A stretch of DNA of 64,000 nt, from the NCBI GenBank assembly GCA_050948865.1, contig JBMNEQ010000003.1, positions 70,831 to 134,830 of the forward strand. The letters are read 5' to 3'. Source of the DNA: Bacilli bacterium. Its GTDB lineage: Bacteria > Bacillota_I > Bacilli_A > RF39 > UBA660. This document shows positions 25,066 through 35,403 of this stretch, piece by piece; position 1 is the stretch's first letter; every line of letters begins with the position of its first letter. Under the pieces are notes generated by a model, which was given only the letters and a program-made list of their open reading frames with translations, was not told the origin of the DNA and made no database searches. The position numbers and the translations under genes were made by a program.

Positions 25066-28017
25066 ATGTATTTAAAACAAGTTAAAATAAAGGGTTTTAA
25101 ATCTTTTCCTAATCGATTAACGATTGATTTTAAAGAAGGATTAACGGGAATAGTTGGACCTAATGGTTCAGGAAAAAGTAATATTGTTGATGCTGTTCGT
25201 TGGGTTTTAGGGGAACAAAGTGTTAAATCATTACGGGGAGATAACTCTATGGCTGATGTTATTTTTTCTGGAAGTAAATCAAGAAATCCTTCTTCTTTAG
25301 CTTCTGTTACTTTGGTTTTTGATAATCAAGATAAATACTTTCCTTTAGAATATACTGAAGTTTCGATTAAAAGAGTAGTTTATCAAACAGGAGAAAATGA
25401 ATATTATTTAAATGGAGAAAAGTGTCGTTTAAAAGATATTAGTAATTTAATTATTGATGCTGGTTTAGCTAAAGAGTCTTTTAATATTATTACTCAAGGA
25501 AATATTCAAGAGATTTTAAGTAGTAAACCAGAAGAGCGTCGTTTAATTTTAGAAGAGGCTGCAGGTATTTTAAAATATAAAAAAAGAAAAGAAGAAGCGA
25601 TTAGAAAATTAGAACGAACTCATCTTCATATGGAAAGAATTGAAGATATTATTTTAGAATTAGAAAAACAAATAATTCCTTTAAAAGAACAAAAAGAAAC
25701 AGCTAAATTATATTTATCTTATCAAGAAGAATTAGAAGATATAGAAATAGGGTTAATTAGTCAAGATCTTACTTTATTAAATCATACTTATCAATTTTCT
25801 AAAAAGGAAATAAAGGAATTAGAAAAAGAAATTTTTACTTTAGATAATGAAGATCATATTAAGCAAATAGAATTAGAAAAAAAGAAACTAGATCAGATTA
25901 AAGATAATGAGAATTTGCATTTATTGCATCAAGAATTGATCGGGGTAACTAAAGAAGTTGAAAAGTTAGCAGGGCAAAGAAAATTAGTAGTTGAAAGAAG
26001 AAAATATGATCAAGATGATGCTAAATTACATGAAGAAATGTTATTCTTAAAAGAAACAGAATTAAAAATTAATAATGACTTAGAAAATTTAAAAGGGGAT
26101 ATTGAGACTAAGAATAATGATTGGCTTTTATTTGATAAAAGAATAAATGATTTGAATGAAGATTTAAAGAAGGTTAATAAGAATCAAGAATTAACTTTAA
26201 TAGAATTAAATAAAAGGATAAGAATTAAAACTGAATTAAATCATCAAATAGAAGTTTTAAAGATATCAATATCTAATAATGAACGTTTACCTAGAGCAAT
26301 AAAAGGAGTTTTAAACAATGAACAATTAGATGGAATTCATGATGTTCTTGGAAACTTATATAAAACTTCTTCAACTTATCAAACAGCTTTTAATGTGGCT
26401 CTTGGTTCTAGTAGTAATTTTGTAGTTGTTGATAATGATTATGTAGCGAAAGAAGCAATTACTTATTTAAAAGAAAATAAATTAGGACGGGTAACCTTTT
26501 TTCCTTTAAATATTATTAAACCAAGAAAAATGAATGATTATGAATATAATATGATTAATACTCATTCTTCTTTTATTGATCTTGCTTCTAATTTAATTAC
26601 TTATGATGAGAAATATCAAAATATTTTGTTAAATCAATTAGGAAATGTAATTATTGCTCGTGATTTAAAAGGGGCTAATGAAATTGGGAAAATAATCAAT
26701 CATCAATATAAAATAGTTACTTTAGAAGGGGAATTACTTCATGTTGGAGGTTCTATTACTGGTGGAACATTAAAAAGTAATATAACTAGTTATAATGATC
26801 AAGAAGTCTTAAAAAATAAAGAGAAGCAATTAAAAAGAATCAATGAAGAAATTAAAGAATTAGAAGGAAAATTAAATGATTTTAAAATTAATCAACAAGA
26901 ATATGAATTAAAGAAGTATAATTTAACTATTGAAAGAGCTTCTTTAAAGGAAATGATTAAAAATAAGGAAGAATCTTTAATTAATTATGAAAATAAGTTA
27001 AAAGAGATAAAAGAGGAAATAAAAGGGGTTAATGATGTTTTAAATAATGTTTTAGATGAGGAAGAACAATCTTTAGTTAATGATTTTTATGAAAAGGATT
27101 TAATTAAAAATAAATTAGATAAAAGAGTAGATAATTTAGGAAAAAAGATTAAAGATGATCAAGAAGAAATTATAGAATTAGAGCAATTATTAAAAAAGAA
27201 GCAATTACTATTAAAAGATAAAAATAATCAATTAAAAAAATTAGAAGTTAAAACTAATCGTCTTGATGTTCAAATTGATAATTTATTATTAAGATTAAAT
27301 GAAGAATATAAATTAACTTATGAAAAGGCAAAAGAGAAATATATTTTATCTATTTCTATAGAAGAAGCGAGGGACAAGGTTAACTATTTAAAAGAAGAAA
27401 TTGATAAATTAGGGGTTATTAATCAGGGGGCTATTATGGAATATGAACGGGTTAATGAACGTTATCAATTTTTAACTTTACAAAAAAATGATTTATTTAA
27501 AGCGGAAAATACTTTATTAGAAATTATTAAGGAAATGGATTTAATTACTAAAGAGTTATTTGAAGAAACTTTTAAATTAATTAATAAGGAATTTAAAATA
27601 GTTTTTAATCGTTTATTTAAAGGGGGAACAGCAGAATTAAAATTAGTTAATCCTAATAATATTTTAGAAACAGGAATTGATATTGTAGCTTTACCTCCAG
27701 GGAAAAAACTGCAGCATATTTCTTTATTATCAGGAGGAGAAAAAGCCTTAACAGCTATTTCTTTATTATTCGCTATTTTAAATGTTAAACCAGTTCCTTT
27801 TTGTATTCTAGATGAAGTAGAGGCTCCTTTAGATGAAGCGAATGTTTTAGGATTTGTGGACTTTTTAAAAGACTTAAAAGTTAAAACTCAATTTATTATT
27901 ATTACTCATAAGAAGAAGACGATGGAATTTGTTGATGTTTTATATGGAATAACAATGCAAGAATCAGGAGTAAGTAAATTAGTTAGTGTAAAATTAGAAA
28001 ACATAACTGAAAAATAA
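25066..28017 (+). CDS. smc: chromosome segregation protein SMC
   Basis: Walker A GPNGSGKSN, long coiled coils, a hinge, LSGGEK signature and Walker B FCILDEVEAPLD. Confidence 0.9.
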   Translation: MYLKQVKIKGFKSFPNRLTIDFKEGLTGIVGPNGSGKSNIVDAVRWVLGEQSVKSLRGDNSMADVIFSGSKSRNPSSLASVTLVFDNQDKYFPLEYTEVSIKRVVYQTGENEYYLNGEKCRLKDISNLIIDAGLAKESFNIITQGNIQEILSSKPEERRLILEEAAGILKYKKRKEEAIRKLERTHLHMERIEDIILELEKQIIPLKEQKETAKLYLSYQEELEDIEIGLISQDLTLLNHTYQFSKKEIKELEKEIFTLDNEDHIKQIELEKKKLDQIKDNENLHLLHQELIGVTKEVEKLAGQRKLVVERRKYDQDDAKLHEEMLFLKETELKINNDLENLKGDIETKNNDWLLFDKRINDLNEDLKKVNKNQELTLIELNKRIRIKTELNHQIEVLKISISNNERLPRAIKGVLNNEQLDGIHDVLGNLYKTSSTYQTAFNVALGSSSNFVVVDNDYVAKEAITYLKENKLGRVTFFPLNIIKPRKMNDYEYNMINTHSSFIDLASNLITYDEKYQNILLNQLGNVIIARDLKGANEIGKIINHQYKIVTLEGELLHVGGSITGGTLKSNITSYNDQEVLKNKEKQLKRINEEIKELEGKLNDFKINQQEYELKKYNLTIERASLKEMIKNKEESLINYENKLKEIKEEIKGVNDVLNNVLDEEEQSLVNDFYEKDLIKNKLDKRVDNLGKKIKDDQEEIIELEQLLKKKQLLLKDKNNQLKKLEVKTNRLDVQIDNLLLRLNEEYKLTYEKAKEKYILSISIEEARDKVNYLKEEIDKLGVINQGAIMEYERVNERYQFLTLQKNDLFKAENTLLEIIKEMDLITKELFEETFKLINKEFKIVFNRLFKGGTAELKLVNPNNILETGIDIVALPPGKKLQHISLLSGGEKALTAISLLFAILNVKPVPFCILDEVEAPLDEANVLGFVDFLKDLKVKTQFIIITHKKKTMEFVDVLYGITMQESGVSKLVSVKLENITEK

Positions 28018-28046
28018 ATCATATAGTATGATAAGAGGCTGATCAT

Positions 28047-28148
28047 ATGAAAAGAAATTTATCTTCGTTTGCCCAGTTAAAGTTATGTTTAATAATATTT
28101 ATAGTTTTATCTTTAATTATTATTATAAGTGCTTTAGTGGCATTTTAA
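28047..28148 (+). CDS. possible 33-aa hydrophobic peptide
   Basis: ATG 8 nt after AAGAGG. MKRNLSSFAQLKLCLIIFIVLSLIIIISALVAF, ending in the terminator hairpin. Not in the ORF track because it is under 60 aa. Confidence 0.25.
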   Translation: MKRNLSSFAQLKLCLIIFIVLSLIIIISALVAF

Positions 28149-28173
28149 AACCACCTTAATAAAAGGTGGTTTT
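28147..28173. terminator. bidirectional rho-independent terminator between smc and def
   Basis: AAAACCACCTT-aataa-AAGGTGGTTTT, with A/T runs on both sides. Confidence 0.7.
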
Positions 28174-28175
28174 GT

Positions 28176-28733
28176 TTAAATTGGTCTCATTTTTTCTTCG
28201 TCTTTATAGGGATTAACTTTGTCAATATGATCGATAAATAAAATTCCTTCTAAATGATCTATTTCATGTTGAATAGCGATCGCTAATTCTTCTCTTGCTC
28301 TTAATGTTTGTTTTTCTCCTAATTGATTAAAATATTCAATTGTAACTCTAGCATATCTTGGAACAATTCCTTCTACTTCCCTATTAACACTTAAGCATCC
28401 TTCACCGCCATCAGCATAAATTAATTCTTCAGCATGACTAATTATTTTTGGATTAATAATGATGTATTTATTAAATACTCCTTTTTCTTGTTCATGGGCA
28501 ATAACAAAGTATCTTTTTGGTATTCCTAGTTGAATAGCCGCTAAACCCATTCCTGGTCTTAAATTATTTTTAGTGGCTATTTCTTCAATTTGACTATTAA
28601 TTAAATAATCTAACATATTTTTAATGTTTTCTTTTTCCTTATTAGAAAGGGGAAAAACAATTTCTTTACTACTTACTCTTAACATTTTATCTTTTTCATC
28701 TAAGATATCTTTTAGCATTAACAAAATCTTCAC
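28176..28733 (-). CDS. def: peptide deformylase
   Basis: GLAAIQ, EGCLS and HEIDHL motifs. Confidence 0.9.
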   Translation of the reverse strand: MKILLMLKDILDEKDKMLRVSSKEIVFPLSNKEKENIKNMLDYLINSQIEEIATKNNLRPGMGLAAIQLGIPKRYFVIAHEQEKGVFNKYIIINPKIISHAEELIYADGGEGCLSVNREVEGIVPRYARVTIEYFNQLGEKQTLRAREELAIAIQHEIDHLEGILFIDHIDKVNPYKDEEKMRPI

Positions 28734-28808
28734 CTCAAATCAAGTAATATTTTAACATGAAAATTGGTGAATGTAAAAAAAGAGAAAACTATTTTACTAG
28801 TTTTCTAA

Positions 28809-28964
28809 TTAACAATAAATTCGAGAGCTTAAAACAATAACTAAAAGTATAAATAAAACTAAAATAATTGATGAATTACTCCATAAAGTAGGGACTAAGC
28901 AAGGATTAATACTAGGTCCTCCCCAATTATTATACCCACATCCACCAAGACCACAAGAATACAT
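28809..28964 (-). CDS. 51-aa YjcZ-like small sporulation/membrane peptide
   Basis: Strong RBS AAAGGAGGAATAAAATATG. MYSCGLGGCGYNNWGG...SSIILVLFILLVIVL combines a Gly/Cys-rich head with a VLFILLVIV tail, as in YjcZ-family peptides. Confidence 0.45.
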   Translation of the reverse strand: MYSCGLGGCGYNNWGGPSINPCLVPTLWSNSSIILVLFILLVIVLSSRIYC

Positions 28965-29103
28965 ATTTTATTCCTCCTTTAAACTATTTTATTATAGTTT
29001 ATTAAAAAGGTGTTAAATTGGTTATAGTAATCACCTAATATTTTATATTAGGACTTTTAAAACTTAAAGAATATGATATTATATTATTATAGAAGGTGGC
29101 AAA

Positions 29104-30249
29104 GTGAAACGATTATTAGGAAGAATGGACAAACCATTATTATTATTAACTATTATTATGTTTATTTTTGGTTCTGTGATGATTTTAAGTATTTCTAGTA
29201 TTAAAGCAGCTGTTATTGGTAATCCTTATATTTATTTTATTAAACATATGTCCGTTTTATTGCTTGGTTTTATTGCTTTTATTATTATTGTTAATATCCC
29301 TTTAAAAAGTTATAAAAGAATTCTTCCCTTAGCAGTATATTTAATAATCTTTGCTTTATTTTTTGTTTATAGTTATGGAGTAGCAGTTCATAGTGCTAAA
29401 CGGTGGATTGATATGGGGATTTTTGCTTTTCAACCTAGTGAGTTTGCGAAAACTATTTTAATTCTTTATATGGGAAATTATTATCTTCAACATTATCGAA
29501 GTAAGAAAGCTATTGTTTTATTTAAACCATTATTATTAGGTTTAATAATCTTTGTTTTAACCTTTTTACAACCTGATTTAGGGACTGCTTCTATAATTTT
29601 GGGAATAATTGTTTTTATCTTTTTATCTTTGCCTCTAGAAAAGAATTTTAAAAGAAGAACTATTCAAATTGGGATATTAGGATTGGTTATTTTGGTTTTA
29701 ACTTTTGCTTTTAATCGGGATTTTCTTTTAAGAGAAGGACAATTAGAAAGATTTGTTTATAAAAATCCTTGTCAAAGATATACTGAAAAAACAGGTTATC
29801 AAGTTTGTAATGGTTTTATTGCTATTAATAATGGGGGATTATTGGGAGTTGGACTTGGTAATAGTACTCAAAAATATTTATATTTACCCGCGGCTCATAC
29901 AGATTTTATTTTTCCTGTGATTGTGGAAGAATTAGGTTTAGTTACTGGTTTGATTATTCTTTTTATTTATCTTTATATATTATACAGAATTTTATTAATT
30001 GCTAATCGTAGTTATAATTTAATGGGAGGAATAATTGCTTATGGGGTAGCAATTTATTTATTTTTACATATTTCAGTTAATTTAATAGGGGTATTAGGAC
30101 TATTTTTATTAACAGGAGCTCCTATTCCTTTTTTAAGTTATGGTGGTTCTTATGTTTTAAATTTAATTATTAGTTTAGCTTTTGTTCAAAGAGTGGAAAT
30201 AGAAAATAATATTTATTTAAAGAAAAGAATAATAAAACAAGGACTTTAA
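29104..30249 (+). CDS. FtsW/RodA/SpoVE (SEDS) family peptidoglycan polymerase
   Basis: About 10 TM. FQPSEFAK, PDLGT and PAAHTDFIF motifs. Confidence 0.85.
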   Translation: MKRLLGRMDKPLLLLTIIMFIFGSVMILSISSIKAAVIGNPYIYFIKHMSVLLLGFIAFIIIVNIPLKSYKRILPLAVYLIIFALFFVYSYGVAVHSAKRWIDMGIFAFQPSEFAKTILILYMGNYYLQHYRSKKAIVLFKPLLLGLIIFVLTFLQPDLGTASIILGIIVFIFLSLPLEKNFKRRTIQIGILGLVILVLTFAFNRDFLLREGQLERFVYKNPCQRYTEKTGYQVCNGFIAINNGGLLGVGLGNSTQKYLYLPAAHTDFIFPVIVEELGLVTGLIILFIYLYILYRILLIANRSYNLMGGIIAYGVAIYLFLHISVNLIGVLGLFLLTGAPIPFLSYGGSYVLNLIISLAFVQRVEIENNIYLKKRIIKQGL

Positions 30250-30290
30250 ATCTTTATCAAGAAATAATCTTTTAGGGAAGGAGATTAATT

Positions 30291-30965
30291 GTGATAAAGA
30301 GAAAGAAAATAATTATTATTAGCAGTTTTATTTTGCTAGGGGGATTATTCTTTTATTTTTCTTCATTGAAGAAAGAAGAAGAAGAAGAAGAAAAAGAACC
30401 AGAACTTTTAATTGTTCAAAAAGAGGAAAAAGAAGAAATCAAAGAAAATTATGTTGTTGATATAAAAGGAGCTATTATTAAGCCCCAGGTTTATGAAATA
30501 GAAGTTGGGAAAAGGGTTATTGATGTGATTAATAAAGCTGGAGGCTTAACGAAAGAGGCAGATACTAGTGTTATAAATTTAAGTAAAAAGGTTATTGATG
30601 AGATGGTTATTATAATTTATACTAAAAAAGAAATAGAAGATTTTAAAAAGAAATTAAAGGAACCAACCTTAATAGAAGTAATAAAATATATTGAAAAAAA
30701 TGATTGTCCTGATCCTTTAATTAATGATGCTTGTCTTAATAACTCTTCTGATGATGTTTTAAAAGAAAATAAGGGTTTAGTTTCTCTTAATGAAGCTTCA
30801 TTAGGGGAATTATTGACTTTAACTGGTATTGGTGAAGTTAAAGCTTTAGCAATTATTGATTACCGTGAAGAAAATGGTCCTTTTAAAAGCATTGAAGAAT
30901 TAATGGAGGTTAAAGGGATAGGGGAAAGCATTTTTGCTAAAATTAAGGATTATATTACTATCTAA
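30291..30965 (+). CDS. comEA: competence protein ComEA (DNA receptor)
   Basis: N-terminal anchor, an SLBB-like segment (VDIKGAI.KPQVYE), and a C-terminal HhH pair (LNEASLGELLTLTGIGEVKALAIIDYRE..G.F.SIEEL..VKGIG). Confidence 0.8.
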   Translation: MIKRKKIIIISSFILLGGLFFYFSSLKKEEEEEEKEPELLIVQKEEKEEIKENYVVDIKGAIIKPQVYEIEVGKRVIDVINKAGGLTKEADTSVINLSKKVIDEMVIIIYTKKEIEDFKKKLKEPTLIEVIKYIEKNDCPDPLINDACLNNSSDDVLKENKGLVSLNEASLGELLTLTGIGEVKALAIIDYREENGPFKSIEELMEVKGIGESIFAKIKDYITI

Positions 30966-33075
30966 TTTTCTTTATTTTAGTTTTGTTATTCTTAGTTTAA
31001 TTATTGCTTTAATAAATATAAGTTATTTTTCTAAAACTAGTTTATATACTTTAGCTGATACGGTAGTAGAAGGTTATATTCATGCTTTAAATATTGAGGG
31101 GAATCATTTACAATTAGAAGTAAGAGGTAAAGAAAAAGTTTTGGTTAATTACTATTTTAAAACTTATCAAGAAAAGAAAGAGTTTAATCTTTGTTTAGGA
31201 GATTATATAAAAGCAGAGGGAACTTTTTCTTTACCTAGTGAAAATAGAGTTTTTAATTTATTTAATTATCGGAAGTATTTATCTTATAATGGTATTTTTT
31301 ATTTAGTTAAAGCTAAAGAAATAATCAAATTAAAATCTTCTAATAAAATAAGATATAAGTTTAAACAAGGGGTTATTAATAGAATTTCTTTATTAAGAAG
31401 GTCTTCTAGTTATGTTCAAACCTTTATTTTAGGTAATAAAAAGGGAATTGATCCTTTTGTTTATCAGTCTTATCAAGAAAATGGAGTAAGTCATTTATTT
31501 GCGCTATCAGGAATGCATGTTAGTTTATTAGCCTTAATTTTATTGTTTATTTTAAAAAATTTAAAAGTTGATGAAGTTAAAAGTTATATAATTACTGTTT
31601 TATTCTTGTTTTGTTATGCTTTTTTAGCTGATTTTACTGCTTCTATTATGAGGGCAACTCTTTTTTTTACTTTATTAGGAATTAATAGAATTTATTACTT
31701 TCATATTAAAACTTTAAATATTTTAGGAGTAACTTTTTCTTTATTAATTTTGTTTAATCCTTATTTTCTTTATGACATTGGTTTTCAATTTTCTTTGATT
31801 ATTAGTTTTTATTTAATTTTATTTCAAGAATTAATTAATAAATATTCTTCATATTTAGGTAAAACTTTAATAGTATCTTTTATTGCTTTTTTAGCAAGTA
31901 TTCCTATTACGATTAATAACTTTTTTATGATTAATTTATTTACTCCTTTTTATAACTTAATTTTTGTTCCTTTAGTTTCTTTTCTTGTTTTACCAATATC
32001 TTTACTAACTTTTGTTTTTCCAATCCTTGATCAAGTTTTATCTTTAATAATAATGATGATGGAAAGTATTTCTTTATTTATTAATAAATTATCAGTAGGG
32101 ACTTTAATTTTATCTAAACCATCAATATTTATTCTTATTCTTTATTATTTAGTTATTACTTTTGTTTTATTAGAGTTTTTATATAATCGTTATTATTATT
32201 TTCTTTTAATAGTAATTTTATTATTTGTTCATACTAATAGTAATTATTTTAAGAAAATTCCTTATTTAGTTTTTATTGATGTTGGACAAGGTGATTCTAT
32301 TTTAATAAATTTACCTTCTAATAAGGGAACCATTTTAGTTGATACTGGGGGAGAATATAAATTTAATTTTTTAAATTGGCAACAAAAAAGAAAACCTTTT
32401 TCTTTAGGAAAAGATCTAATTATTCCTTATCTTCGTTCTGAAGGAATTAAAAAAATTGATTATTTAGTTTTAACTCATGGTCATATTGATCATTTAGGAG
32501 AAGCTTTGATGATTATTAATAATTTTCCAGTTAAAACAGTAGTTTTGGGGAAATCTTCTTTAACAGAGATTGAAGAGGATCTGATTAAAGAATTAAAAAG
32601 AATAAAAAAGCCTTATTTATTTTTGGGCGCTGATGATGTTTTAAGATTAAAAGAATTTACTTTTTATGTTTTAAATCCTAATGATGATAATAATCCTAAT
32701 GATGATAGTCTTGTTCTTTATTTTAGATTAAATCAACAATCTGTTTTATTAACAGGAGATATCTCTAAAAGTATTGAATATAAATTAATTAATACATATA
32801 ATCTTTTTAATGTGGATATACTAAAAGTAGGTCATCATGGCTCTTATACTAGTAGTAGTGAAGAATTTTTAGATATTTTAAATCCTTTATATGGTGTTAT
32901 TATGGTTGGGGAGAATAATAAGTTTGATCATCCCCATCCGCAAGTTTTAAAAAGATTAGAAGAACGTTTGGTGAAAACCTTTTTAACTAGTGAACAAGGA
33001 AGTATAAAATTCTTTTTAAAAAAAGAAGGAGTAACTTTTAAAACAGTGAAGCCATATGATATTTTAGAACACTAA
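30934..33075 (+). CDS. comEC: DNA internalization competence protein ComEC/Rec2
   Basis: Polytopic competence domain (GVSHLFALSGMHV) plus a C-terminal metallo-beta-lactamase domain (LTHGHIDHLG). Confidence 0.85.
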   Translation: MLKLRIILLSNFLYFSFVILSLIIALINISYFSKTSLYTLADTVVEGYIHALNIEGNHLQLEVRGKEKVLVNYYFKTYQEKKEFNLCLGDYIKAEGTFSLPSENRVFNLFNYRKYLSYNGIFYLVKAKEIIKLKSSNKIRYKFKQGVINRISLLRRSSSYVQTFILGNKKGIDPFVYQSYQENGVSHLFALSGMHVSLLALILLFILKNLKVDEVKSYIITVLFLFCYAFLADFTASIMRATLFFTLLGINRIYYFHIKTLNILGVTFSLLILFNPYFLYDIGFQFSLIISFYLILFQELINKYSSYLGKTLIVSFIAFLASIPITINNFFMINLFTPFYNLIFVPLVSFLVLPISLLTFVFPILDQVLSLIIMMMESISLFINKLSVGTLILSKPSIFILILYYLVITFVLLEFLYNRYYYFLLIVILLFVHTNSNYFKKIPYLVFIDVGQGDSILINLPSNKGTILVDTGGEYKFNFLNWQQKRKPFSLGKDLIIPYLRSEGIKKIDYLVLTHGHIDHLGEALMIINNFPVKTVVLGKSSLTEIEEDLIKELKRIKKPYLFLGADDVLRLKEFTFYVLNPNDDNNPNDDSLVLYFRLNQQSVLLTGDISKSIEYKLINTYNLFNVDILKVGHHGSYTSSSEEFLDILNPLYGVIMVGENNKFDHPHPQVLKRLEERLVKTFLTSEQGSIKFFLKKEGVTFKTVKPYDILEH

Positions 33076-33169
33076 TACATTTAGTGTTAATATAGATGAA
33101 GGGAGCCTTTAGGGCTTCTTTCTGTCTTCAAGATGTGTTATACTTTAATTAAATAATGGAGGAATGAAG

Positions 33170-33703
33170 ATGAGTTTATTTATTACTTGTTTATTAATCG
33201 CTTCAGTAAGAATTGTTGATGTTTCTTTGGGAACTTTAAGAATGGTTTTAACAATAAGAGGAAAAAGAGGTATTGGTTCTTTAATTGGTTTTGTAGAAGT
33301 TTTAGTTTGGTTTTTAATAGTTAGAAGAGCCTTAACAGCTGTTGAAGGAGGTCTTTTTATAGCGGTTTCTTATGCTGGAGGGTTTGCGATTGGAACTTAT
33401 ATTGGAATTTGGTTAGAAGAAAAACTAGCGATTGGTAATGTTTCTATTCAAGTTATAACTAAAGGAAAAGATTATAATTTAGTGAAAGTTTTAAGAAAAG
33501 AAGGGTATGCAGTTTCTACAATTATAACTAAGGGAAAGGATCAGGAAAACTTATTATTATTGATTGAAGTAAGTCGACGACAAATTAAGAAAACAATCTC
33601 TTTAATAAATGAGTTAGCTAAAGATTCATTTATAACTGTTTCTGAAACAAGACATATTATTGGTGGTTATTTTCATCCAGAAAATAGAAGAAGGTTTTTA
33701 TGA
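33170..33703 (+). CDS. UPF0316/DUF2179 family membrane protein
   Basis: VSLGTLRMVLTIRGKR...GFAIGTYIG..LEEKLAIG... followed by a DUF2179-like C-terminal domain. The second ATG has better RBS spacing. Confidence 0.6.
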   Translation: MSLFITCLLIASVRIVDVSLGTLRMVLTIRGKRGIGSLIGFVEVLVWFLIVRRALTAVEGGLFIAVSYAGGFAIGTYIGIWLEEKLAIGNVSIQVITKGKDYNLVKVLRKEGYAVSTIITKGKDQENLLLLIEVSRRQIKKTISLINELAKDSFITVSETRHIIGGYFHPENRRRFL

Positions 33704-34662
33704 AAAACTTTTATGTTTTTTATGGAGAGGAAGAATATTTAATTAATCAAGAAAAAAAGAAACTTAAGGAAAAGTTTCTTCTTCATAATACTAATTTTAA
33801 TATTATTGAGTATGATTTAAAAGAATCTACTTTAGATGATCTTTTAGATGATGCTTTAATGCCGTCGATGTTTAGTAATGAAAAACTACTTATTTGCTGG
33901 AATAGTTATTTTTTAACAGCTTTAAAAGAAACTGAGGATAAAAGTCTTAATATTGAAAGATTAATTAATTATATTGATAATTATCAAGGTAAAAATACCA
34001 TCATATTTATTGTTAATTATGAGAAAATAGATACAAGAAAGAAAATAGTAAAAAAATTAAAAGAAAAAGCATTGATTAAAGAATTTTCTTTATTGAAAGA
34101 AAGAGACTTAATTACTTATGCCCAGGATAAATTAAAAAAAGAAGGTTTTAAAATAGATTATTCTGCTTTAATCTTGTTAATTAGTAGAATTCATCAAAAC
34201 ATAGCGATTTTAAATAAAGAGTTAGAAAAATTAATGCTTTATAAAAATGATGATCAAGTAATAACTTCTTTTGATGTTGAGGAAATGATTCCTTCATCTT
34301 TTTTAGATGATGTTTTTGATTTGGTAAAAGTAGTTATTAAAAAGGATTTAGAAAGTATTTTAACTATTTATCAAAAATTATTAGATAAAAATGAAGAACC
34401 AGTTAAAATTATTGTTTTATTAGGAAATCAATTTAGATTGATTTATCAAACAAAAAGGATGCAACAATTAGGTTATTCCTTAAAGGAAATTACTACCCGA
34501 TTAAAAGTGCATCCTTACCGTGTTCAATTAGCGAGTGAAATAAAAATAGAGCAACAATTATTATTAACTTATTTAGAACGTTTAGCTGATTTAGATATGG
34601 AAATTAAAACAGGAAAGATAGATAAACAAATAGGTTTAGAATTATTTTTTCTTCGTTTATAA
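33700..34662 (+). CDS. holA: DNA polymerase III subunit delta
   Basis: Length and the YVFYGEEEYLI start are typical of HolA. Position after comEC matches B. subtilis. Confidence 0.75.
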   Translation: MKNFYVFYGEEEYLINQEKKKLKEKFLLHNTNFNIIEYDLKESTLDDLLDDALMPSMFSNEKLLICWNSYFLTALKETEDKSLNIERLINYIDNYQGKNTIIFIVNYEKIDTRKKIVKKLKEKALIKEFSLLKERDLITYAQDKLKKEGFKIDYSALILLISRIHQNIAILNKELEKLMLYKNDDQVITSFDVEEMIPSSFLDDVFDLVKVVIKKDLESILTIYQKLLDKNEEPVKIIVLLGNQFRLIYQTKRMQQLGYSLKEITTRLKVHPYRVQLASEIKIEQQLLLTYLERLADLDMEIKTGKIDKQIGLELFFLRL

Positions 34663-35274
34663 TTTACGATATAAACCAATTGCTTTTCCCAAAATGGTAA
34701 TATTATCTAAAATAAGAGGATTTAAAGAATCATTCTCTGGTTGTAGCCGAAAATGATTCTTTTCTTTATAAAAGGTTTTTAAAGTAACTTCATTATCTTC
34801 AGTCATCGCAACAACAATATCTCCATTAAAAGCAGTATTTTGTTTTTGAACAATAACAATATCCTCATCATAAATACCAGCTTTAATCATGCTATCACCA
34901 TCTATCCTTAGGGTAAAAACTTCTTTTTGCTCTGGAATTAAATAAGCAGGAAGACTAAAAAAATTATCAGGATTTTCTATTGCCTCAATAGGAGAACCAG
35001 CTGTTACTGTTCCTAAAAGGGGAACATCAATAATATTTTCTTCTTTTTCTAGAAATTCATTTTCTACTAATAATTCAATGGCTCGATTTTTAAAATTATC
35101 CTTTTTGATATATCCTTTTTCCCTTAATTTATTGAGGTGGGTTTGAATTGTAGCAGGAGAAGATAAATTAAAATTATTACCTATCTCTCTAACTGTTGGG
35201 GGATAACCTTTTTTAGCTAAATACTTTTTTATATAAGTTAAAATTTCTTTTTGACGTTTGGTTAAAATCTTCAT
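34657..35274 (-). CDS. lexA: LexA repressor
   Basis: Winged-helix N-terminus (LTKRQKEIL.YI......GYPPTVREI) and S24 peptidase C-terminus (GDSM...GDIV). Confidence 0.9.
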   Translation of the reverse strand: MKILTKRQKEILTYIKKYLAKKGYPPTVREIGNNFNLSSPATIQTHLNKLREKGYIKKDNFKNRAIELLVENEFLEKEENIIDVPLLGTVTAGSPIEAIENPDNFFSLPAYLIPEQKEVFTLRIDGDSMIKAGIYDEDIVIVQKQNTAFNGDIVVAMTEDNEVTLKTFYKEKNHFRLQPENDSLNPLILDNITILGKAIGLYRKL

Positions 35275-35330
35275 TAATGAGACCTCCTTATTTTTCTAGT
35301 TTACACTTTAACATAAATAGACAGTTTTGT

Positions 35331-35381
35331 CAAACGTTTGTTTGAGAAACTCTTGACACGAACAAACGTTTGTTTTAAAAT
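35331..35381. promoter_or_regulatory. divergent promoter region with two LexA (Cheo-type) boxes
   Basis: CAAACGTTTGTTTG (35331-35344) overlaps the lexA -35 on the minus strand. CGAACAAACGTTTG (35359-35372) fills the 17-nt spacer between TTGACA (35353-35358) and TAAAAT (35376-35381) on the plus strand. Confidence 0.65.
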
Positions 35382-35403
35382 AACTTTGAAAGGTGGAGGT
35401 AAA

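Noticed and set aside
30374-30391. (GAA)6 trinucleotide repeat in comEA, and a similar (GAA)5 run near 22133-22147
   Set aside because: These are in-frame poly-Glu linkers. Length changes would not shift the frame, so there is no evidence for phase variation.
35338-35403. Upstream extension of the small ORF, with the track start at TTG 35338
   Set aside because: This stretch contains the LexA boxes and the -35/-10 elements. A strong RBS precedes ATG 35404, so the extension is not coding.
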